From assembly GCA_023213395.1 (NCBI GenBank), contig CM041465.1:197787741-197851740 (forward strand): a stretch of 64,000 nucleotides of DNA. The letters are read 5' to 3'. The notes under the pieces are model-generated. The model was not told the origin of the DNA. It saw only the letters and a program-made list of their open reading frames with translations, and did not search any database. Positions 54,601-64,000 of this stretch are shown piece after piece (within the stretch, counting starts at the first letter, position 1; every line of letters starts with the position of its first letter). The position numbers were made by a program, and so were the translations under genes. Source of the DNA: Cycas panzhihuaensis (taxonomy: Eukaryota > Plantae > Cycadophyta).

Positions 54601-57600
54601 ATAGGATATCACGTTCTTATATTATGGAAAGATTGGGCACATCATCATAGCCTAGAAGAGAAGATAATTTAACCTATAGCTCATGCCAAACCAAAGTGGC
54701 CAATAAGGGAGGCAGAGCTTTCAATAGAATAGGAACTAGAGAAGGAACCATAAATGAGGTCACTATAATAGGTAATAACATTATAGAAATCAACTAAGGA
54801 ACTAAAATCAAAGGAATAACAAGAGCTTGCAACAAGGAAGAAATATAGTTAATTCTTAGGCTAACTCCCAAAACCTATTTTTCATAGCATTGTCTTCATA
54901 TCATGATGGCAATTCTCAGTTAATGGATTTAGAGGCCACTCACCACATGACTAGAACTAAAGACTTACTTGAGGACACCCATCTAATAAAGGCTGTAACT
55001 GTTACTTTGGAGATAATCTCACTCATTATATAATAAAGATTGAGAGAGCCCCCATTGCCTTAAAGAACTTAAATATTTGGACATCTCATTAGTAACATCC
55101 TATTAGTACCTAGTATGAAATAGAATCTATTCTCAGTGAGTTAAATTGATAAGTAAAACTTCAATGTTCTATTTATACAAGGTGCCTACACCATTTTAGA
55201 TCATGCATCTGGTTAAATCATTGCCATAAGACATGAAGATAGTAGACTTTATAAACTTAATTGTGTCCACCTATCCACTACTCCATAATTAGAAGTATGT
55301 ACAATAGTATAAACAACTCACCTTAAGAAAAGCAAAGCCATTATTAATAAAGACTTAACTATTGATAAGACTCAAGGTGAATGCTCAAATATTGAAAATA
55401 AACTTACTCCAAGATGCACCAAGGACCAACTATGGCACTAACACCTAGGTCATCTAAATATATAGAGTATTAACCTCATGTCTAAACTATAAATAATACA
55501 TTAGTTACCCAAGATTAAACAATGTAAATGATTTTGTGAGACCTATATCATTAGGAAACAATGCAAAGAGCCATTTCCCTCTCAAAGAGCATAATGTGCC
55601 TCCAAACCATTAGGATTGGTTCACTTTGATATATGTGGACCTATATCAACTCAATCCCTTGATGGAAGTCTATATTATATCACATTTAATGATGACTACT
55701 CTAGGAAAGTATAGGTATACTTTCTTAGGAATAAATTTAAAGCTTTTAATAAGTTCAAGGACTTCAAAGCTAAAGTTTAAAATGAGACTGATATGACCAT
55801 CAAAACTTTAAGATTAGATAATGGAGATAAGTATACATCTAAATAGTTAACTAACTTTTATGGAGAATTTGGCATTAAATGCCAATTCTCCACTCTAAAA
55901 CACCACAGTAATATGGTGTCACCAAGAGAATAAATTAGAATTTAGTGAATAAAGCTAAAGATATGGTGAAATCTACTAATCTTGCTACCATCTTTTAGGC
56001 TGAAGTTCTATTGATTGTCGCATGCCTAATAAATGGGAGTTCAACTATAACAGTTAGAGATATAACACCCAAGGAGGCTTGGTCAAGCCTAAAGCCTACA
56101 TTCTCACATATTTAGACATTTGTTTGTATAATCTACATGCTTAGACTTAAGGAAAATAAAAAGAAACTAGATGATAATTGCTTAAAATGCATATTCATAG
56201 GTTATATACCTAGATTTAAAGGTTATAAGTTGTATAATCTAGTTGGAAGACAACCTTATATATCTCAAGATATAATATTTAATGAGGACAATTAGAACAT
56301 GGATCCTTCTTAGATTTAGTTTATCTTTAATGATTATGTTGGTGTGCCAAAATCTCCTCTCATACTAATTATAGAACCTTTTGCATTATTAACCTCTTAT
56401 ACTCTATGTTCTTCCTCAACTCCTTCTACTTCACCATCTACTTCAATAACCACCTCTATAACACCACCTTTGTCACTAGACAATCTCTATGTTAAAGCTT
56501 AAAGTGTTAAAAAGATTCCCAAGTGGTACTTGCAAGTGATTGAGGATGCTCCACCACCTCCTATAACTCCTAAATGAGAATCAAGACTTAGGCATTCCAT
56601 AAACTATGCCTTAATGACATGTGTTCTTAATACTCTCTATCCTTCCATATTTGATGAGGCAATCACAAACCAAATATGGCAAGCTACTATGGATGAATAA
56701 ATGAACTCCATTATTAAGAATGACATATAAGAGCTTATAGAGTTTCCACTTGGCAAAAAGCCAATTGATTAGTGTTAGTAATAGTTTTATATTAGTGGCT
56801 CTATCGAGAAACATAAAACTTGACTAATTATGAAAGAATTCAAATAATAAGAGGGGATTGACTATGAAGAAACCTTTACCCTAGTAGTCAACATGACCAC
56901 ATTCTATTTGGTGATGTCACTTGTAGCTTAGTTTAAATAGCTTGCATATCAAATGAATATGAAGAGTGCCTTCCTTAATAGAGAGCTTGCTAAAGGAGTC
57001 TTCTTGAGATAACCTCCTAACTATGTTGTTCCTAGAAAAGAACACTTAGTTTAGAAACTAAAGAAATTAATTTATAGACTCAAACAGGTACCTCATGCCT
57101 AGTATGCTAAAATTGATGCCCTTTTCATTAATCATGGATTTATTTATTTATCCTCAGATCCTAATCTTTATATTAGGATCTAAAATAATTTGATCACCAT
57201 CACTATTCTTATATCGATGACTTGGTAATTACTAGGAATGATGATGAAGGCATTTCTAGTCTCCAACATAAACTCAAAAGCAGCTTTGAGATGATAGACA
57301 TTGGGTTGCTTCATTACTTCCTTGGAATTGAAGTGTGTTAAGAACCTGGACACATATTCTTGTCGCAATCCAACTATACAAATAAGTTTCTATAGTGGCT
57401 TAGAATAAGCAATTATAAGCCTTCACCTATACCCCTAGAGATTGGGACTAAGTTAACAATGGATGAACAAGGTGTTCCTTTTGATCCTATACTTTATAAA
57501 TAGCTAGTGGGGAGTTTGATTTATCTTACTCATACTCACCTAGACATCTCATATATAGTTGGGATTTGCTTAAGGTACATGTCATAGCCTACAATGTCAT

Positions 57601-58529
57601 ATTGGAAGGTTTCCACTAAGATCCTTTTATACATTTGTGGCATTTTGAAACTTAGCCTTGATTATAGCCAAGCAGACACTCTTATTCTAAAAGGATTCAT
57701 AGATGCTGACTAGGCTAGTTGTTAGGACTCTCACCATTCCATATTAGGTTACTATTTTGACATGAAATTAGCTATATTTTCTTGGAGTTGTAAGAAATAA
57801 CATAATGTTGTTCTTTCCTCCACTAAAGAAGAGTAGAAAGTAGTAGTTCATGCTACCACTAAGATAATTTGGCTACGTAGGATTCTTATTGAGCATGGTC
57901 TTCAGTAGACCCAAGCCACTCTTCTATACTATGACAATTAAAGTGTATTAAGGATGACAAAGAATCTTGTATTTCATATAAGAACAAAACACATTAAGGT
58001 TCATTACCACTTCATCAATGAACATGTGCAAAATAGAGAAGTTGGTCTAGTATATGAACCTACAAAAGACTAAGTAGCAGACATCTTCAGCAAAGCTCTT
58101 GGTAAACCAAAGTTTTAAATGTGTTAGCATGACCTCAACACCAAAATCAATGAAGTTGTCATTAAGGGAGGGTGATAAAACTATAACAATAACTCCTTAT
58201 GTTATATTATACTTTATGTAATCTAATATAGTATTATAAAGTATAATCCTAGTTGTAATCCCCTTTACCACTTAATGGGTTAATTATGTTTTACTTAAGT
58301 CAGTCAATTATATCATTTCAAGAGCAATATTGAGCCCTATAAATATAAGTTGAGTCCTCACCATTATATATTTAATGATTTAAATTTAGAGTGAAACTCT
58401 ACTGAAATATATTTATAGGTATTAACTAATTTAACCTTCTTATTTTGATCACTGAATGTGTTCTTTATAGCTTGATTTATTTGTGTTTGTTGCATATAAG
58501 AATATATTTAAGATCCATTATTTATTTCA
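51656..58529 (+). mobile_element. Full-length degenerate Ty1/Copia element
   Basis: LTRs 51656-52022 and 58173-58529; perfect TSD AAGAC; PBS TGGAATCAAAGCC 52025-52037; PPT AAGGGAGGG 58164-58172. Confidence 0.95.
53846..58160 (+). pseudogene. pol: Copia gag-pol, degenerate
   Basis: UBN2-like KAWSTI..LY; LWH*HLGHLN; LVHFDICGP; GIDYEETF; YIDDLVI; RTKHIKVHYHFI; VADIFSKAL. Confidence 0.95.
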
Positions 58530-61505
58530 AAGACCTTGTCAAATTTCTTCATGATATCCCATTATCATTAGATGGATCCTATCAAAAGTTTAATAGTATA
58601 TAACATAGGGTCAAAAATTGTAGTAATACAATCAAAATATTTGATGGTATAATTAAATTTAGGGATGTGACCCTTGTAATTTTGATAGTGCCTTAGTAAT
58701 TTTAATGATGTCAATTGGGTAACTCCTAAAATAGAAAATGTTTTAATTTTTATTTTATTTTCATTCTATTTTAGCTTTCTTTATTAGACCAAACATGATA
58801 TAGGAATTATATAGGCATAATACAAGTGGTTTTCTTACAAAAACCATATTCTAAGAGCCTTATATAATTGCAAAACCTCATGTGAACTCTTTGAATCATC
58901 TGTTATTCTCTTGCTTATCTTGTTTTCTTTTACCTTGTTCCATTCTAGTGAGCTTGTCTTGTAGTATGTGTAGGTCATGGATTCTTGAATGGATGTTAAT
59001 GAATATGTTGTGATGTTTTTTCAACTAGTTGGAGAGAAATTCATTAGTCCCTTTCTGAACCATTGCTTAGGGATTTTTATTCATCATTCTAGATTGTCTA
59101 AATCCTTTTTTACTTTGATTTTAGTTCTAAATTTTTATCAAAAGTTTGTAGCTCTAAGTCAACACTAACATCCTCTTACATTTGGTTTTAAAAGCAAATT
59201 AATATATCTCTTATTTACTTCTTATTTTAGGAGCATAATTTTCCATGGATTTACTTACTTCATATTACTTGATTGAGTGAATTTTATTATAGCTAGTCTT
59301 TCCTGTATTTGCATATAGATTTTTTAATTTCTAAGGAGCACTTTAATTATTTACTTAAGGATTATTATTTTATGGCTTATCAACATTCATAATAAGGCTA
59401 CCAATCAAGGGTCCTCCTCTTGAATGTGGAAATGTTATGATTGATATACCTTACTTACATTTAATTAATTTTATTTTCTCACTCTTTTCCTTACACTCCC
59501 TCTTGCATGCTAGTATCACAACTGGGATAACTTGCCTTTCAAGCATGATTATGAGGAGCCTACACCTTCACATATAAGTATAATAATGTATGACAATTTC
59601 TCCACTTATTTTGTGTTTTAAAATTTATATATTACATTTGATACTTTTAAGTTACATTTTCCTTTTGAGGTTTTCATTATGCTTTCTTATAGTAAAGAGG
59701 ACTTAACTAATGTTCTCTTTGTGTAACCTTATCTTGGATTTATGGTTTTGATTGTTTATTTTTCTTACTTTATAAAGAGTTATTCTTAAGAGTTAAGTAA
59801 GATACTCTTTAGAGTAAAAGGAAAAAAGACACTTTTAAAAAACCTAAAAAGATAAAAAGCATAAAACTAACAAACATGACCAAAATGCTTCCCAAAGGGC
59901 AATCCCCTTATTTTCTAACCTTTGCTCCTTATCATTTCATATTTGGACTACTTGAAAATCTTATTTACTTCAATTATCATTTAGGTACATGATATTTTGA
60001 AGATAGAAACCAAAAATAAATTCACTTAAGTCTTATATCCTCTAGTTTGCTTACTTCTTTTAATAGGGTTACTTGCACGACCTTGCTTGTTTCATTTATG
60101 TAAGTTGCTTGGTATGACTGTCTATATGTAGATTTGTGTTTTACTTTATGTTTCTTATTTGGAGCATTATAGTTATACCTCATTATTGTATATGCTTGAT
60201 TATATTTTGATAATCCCCCTGCAATAGAAACAACATTTATAAAGACTATCATACCTGCACACATAGAACTAATTATTAAAATAATGTTAACCTACTATTG
60301 ATGTATTATATCAGGGGGTTAAGGAGACAAACCCCCCTCACTTAGGTGAATTTTAAGGAAGCTTGTATGGATTTTTAGGGATTTTAAGAAACACCTCTAA
60401 TTAAGGTTTATCGCTTTTAGATAAGCACATTTGGTGATAATCCAACATGTACAGTGAGGTTTGATCAAGTACCAATACACAATCCTTAGAAAAAATTAGT
60501 TTAGCATGCTAAGGGGTGTAGGAAAGTAGTAGGATCTTATAGGTTTCTTCTTCCAATTCCTCCCTTATATTCTATTATTCATTGGGTCAATTAATGACCC
60601 ATTGTCGCATGTTGTCTAGTTCTTCCCCTTTTATATCCCCTCTTTCTGTGAAATGACTAATTCATTTGGGACCTCCCAAATCCTAAATGAATATTTTAGT
60701 GATCATATTAAGAATGTGTTAGACCTACTTCCTCTTTTCATCATATCACTACCCTCTCTTAATAACATTATTACCTTGTCTTCTTCCCTTAAGAGTCCTT
60801 CACCTTCCTTTTTACCTTTCTTTTATTACTTAGTCTTATATCTGTTAAGAGTCCTTCATCATATAAGTATATTTCTATTATCACTTAGTTAAGATTCTTG
60901 TCCTCACCATGGTAAATAAAAATCACTTAACTTTTAAGATGACTAGATGTTTCACTCACACCTAAGTTCTTCCTTCTAAAGTGTAGCATTCTATGTTTTT
61001 ACCCAAGTTCCACGAGACTAAAATCCTTATGGGATCCAATCTAGGGTCATATAACTTGTCACTCTCCTCCATTACCTCTTATTCATGCTCATCCCTTAGT
61101 TATTAAATATGGTAGTGGGAACTTTAACTCATTAGATGTGACTTGTTTTGTGCTAGAATAATTACTTCTTAGAGAGTTTGGTCCCCTTTACTACATACCT
61201 CGCGAGGACCCTAAGTTAACTCCTTCTTAAGGCAATGTCTCATCTTCCATTAATACCTTCTTGGAACATCTTGGATTGAGTTACCCCATGCAAACAAGAA
61301 GTTATTATAGTCCTTGTTAAGAGGCTATCCATTCCACTTCATACCCTATGTCCTCTACCCTTATTATTCCACCAACTTCCCAACTTACTATGGCAAGTGC
61401 TTAACCTTTCAACAATAAAGCTTCCACTTCTCTTGGTCATGGTCCTATGCTTAAAGATTCTAGTTTACTCCAATCCCCTTTTATTTTATCTCATGGGACC
61501 TTAAT

Positions 61506-64000
61506 TGTAGTGAACCTAATTAATGGATAATTAGGTATTAATCATATTATTTATGGAAGGAACTGACTATTTATTTCATAAGTCACATCCTCTATATTTT
61601 CTAATATATATAATAGATAATTATAACTTTGTATTATTAATTTAGTTATATATTAATTAATATATCCTTCAGATATTTGGGTCTCTTGACCATATCTAAC
61701 ACTTATCTATGAGCATGACTAGAGTAGGTCATTTCAAGTGGTATTAGAGTTGTTGCTTAGCACCTGAGTGATAAATAAATTTAAAATCTTAGAAGCCTCT
61801 CCAACTGTTATCTTTCATTGTAAAAATTCATCAACATTAACTTACATAAGCATAAATACATGCAATATAAAATTTTTAGCCATGTATTTGGGAAAATGTT
61901 ATTATGGCCATATTTGTTATCATAGTTGCATTAACCATTGTAGCCCATATTTGTCATCATTGTTGCATTTAACTATTGTTACTAACACCAAAAATCTATA
62001 GAAAATATATATACAAATCACTAAACTAATGCCCATCTATGAGTGAGTGATAGCCTTCATATGCATGAGTTCCACACTGAGCACATTATTATATAGATAT
62101 AAAATTTTAAATTTATCATTAAAGAGGTTTGAATAAAAGGTTGCCTCTTACCATATTAATGAAACCTCATCTATATATCATTGAAAACCCCTAAGTGAAT
62201 CAAGACACATCATGCCATTATAGGAAGGCTATGAGGGTGATATCATATGATCCTCATCAACTACATTATCAACCTCTCTATCTTAGTTATACCACCACAT
62301 TATGATCATATATCATATGTATTATATATCTCTCTCTATGTGTGTGTGTGTGTGTGTGTAACATTCTACCTATCAAAATCAAATGGGCTCTTATACCCCA
62401 CATGGAAAAGAAGAAGAAGTAGTAGAAGAAGAAAAGAGGTAAATAATATCTACGGTATAAAATCATCAATATAATCTCTCTTAAGAGAGAATATAATTAT
62501 ATTTCCTCATAAGTCATAATACAATATATTTTGAAGAAGGATAGAAATTTCATAAACTTGAAGGTATCCCTCAAGGGGGTACTTTATGATTTTATAATAT
62601 ATATACTTATATGCACATATATAAGTAGTATTAGTCTACTTCCATACCAATTAATAGTCAAATGATTTAAGTTTTAATCAAAAAACTATAACATACATTA
62701 TACACACTTTAACATTACATTACATATTATGACACTAGCAGTGTAGTTATATTGATAAAACTAATATGCTAGTATATGTTGAATTAACATTAATTTGTAA
62801 TATATTACACTTAACATTTGGAAACATAACCTTCTAGTGGCATATTATATTTGTGAATGATCTTGTTGATATCATCTTAATAAATAATCACATATTCAAC
62901 CATTCTTCTTTGAATCGAGTCATAATTCATTAATAATTATTTATTTATATTATACCATATATATGCAACCTACACAATTTTAATTCATTGAGTATAGAAG
63001 AAGGTTGGTGGAATTGCATATAATGTTATTTTTGAAAAAATGGATGTAGAAGATTTACAAGAATAAGTGGAAAAAATGAAAAACAAAATGTTAGGTATCT
63101 AATTCAGAATGGAAGAAATGGAAACAACCCTAAAAGAAGTAGCTATAAAAAATAAAAGTCATAGAAGTAATAGAAATAGGAAAAAAATCTTTTTATCAAT
63201 CATAGATTCAATAAATAATAATAATAATAAAATAATTATTAAATACACAAAGGAATAGAATCCCTTACATGTATCACTTAAAAGGACTAGACTAAAGTTA
63301 ATTATATCACTATGTAACTTCAGGAGTACAATAAGCATATAACTCTAAATAAAGGAAGGAAAATCAACATGAAACAATTTGATGGATTAAAGGATGCTAT
63401 TAAAGAATGGTTACAAATGTTAGAAATATAATTTTTATCACAATATATGAAGGATAAGAAGGAAAAATTTACATGTTATTTATATGCCTAAAAGAGCATA
63501 TGATTAGTGGTTGATATAGACACAAGAGCAAGAATATAAAGGTTATATGTTGTCATCTTAGGAATAATTCTATGTAGTTATTAAAGAACATTTTGAGGAT
63601 ATACAGGACAATGACTATTTCACCCAACTAAGTAAATTATAACAAAAGGGAACAATAGATGAGTCTTGTCAAAAGTTTACTAGTTTGGTTCATAAAGTAA
63701 TTTACTTATCATTGCCTTAGAGGTTTGAACTATTCATATCAGGCCTACATGATATTAAAATTGATGTTAAGGCATGAAAACTTTAGGATCTTAGTGAATA
63801 TATTTGTTTAGATAGGTCTCATGAATCAAAATAAAAAATTTATTATCATCCATTGATGTTAAGAAATATTAGATTCTTTAGACCAAATGTTACTGTAACT
63901 TGAGGAGAAATCAATGGAAAAAGTAATCTATACCTTAATACAATAAAAAAGAGAAATAATAGTCCACAAAATAAACCATATATATACTACTAATTAATAT
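61506..64000 (+). mobile_element. 5' part of a Gypsy element (LTR, PBS, leader, degenerate gag), cut by the window edge
   Basis: Candidate LTR TGTAGTG...ATTTCA 61506-61736; PBS TGGTATTAGAG 61739-61749; gag MKQFDG...KEWLQMLEIYF...QLSKL*QKGTIDE...LFISGL at 63370-63750. Confidence 0.75.

Noticed and set aside
60313-60346. GGGGGTT...AACCCCC hairpin as a Helitron 3' end
   Set aside because: No proper CTRR terminus or 5' TC end identified

Overview
AT-rich plant intergenic/heterochromatic DNA made almost entirely of nested retrotransposons; I found no host gene, RNA gene or CRISPR array. A large-genome gymnosperm-like host is an inference only. Reconstructed nesting: (1) a degenerate Copia (leader 1-311 and 3974-4321, gag-pol 4322-8560, 3' LTR from 8570) carries a 3.7-kb non-autonomous LTR element (312-3973) in its leader. 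(2) A second non-autonomous Copia-derived element on the minus strand (13413-30089, TSD AAGGT) is split by a young, GC-rich 12.3-kb Ty3/Gypsy Tat-like element (15065-27357, 2.55-kb LTRs, TSD AAGGG). (3) An old Copia (about 30600-51345) is split by a non-coding LTR element (32165-35009) and by a chromoviral Gypsy (35708-49524), which itself holds a 5'-truncated L1 LINE with RNase H (36928-41570) and a third gag-only Copia fragment. (4) A full-length degenerate Copia (51656-58529, TSD AAGAC). (5) The start of another Gypsy at the right edge. The most unusual object is the Tat-like element. It has lost RT, the canonical RNase H and the integrase core, but keeps gag, protease and the integrase GPY/F tail. 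It also carries an apparently self-standing divergent two-gene cassette: an archaeal-type RNase H and a spliced antisense ORF, on either side of a near-palindromic TATA. Also notable are a conserved, possibly structured leader shared by two divergent Copia elements and a recurrent mini-Gag non-autonomous architecture. All alignments were made by eye.
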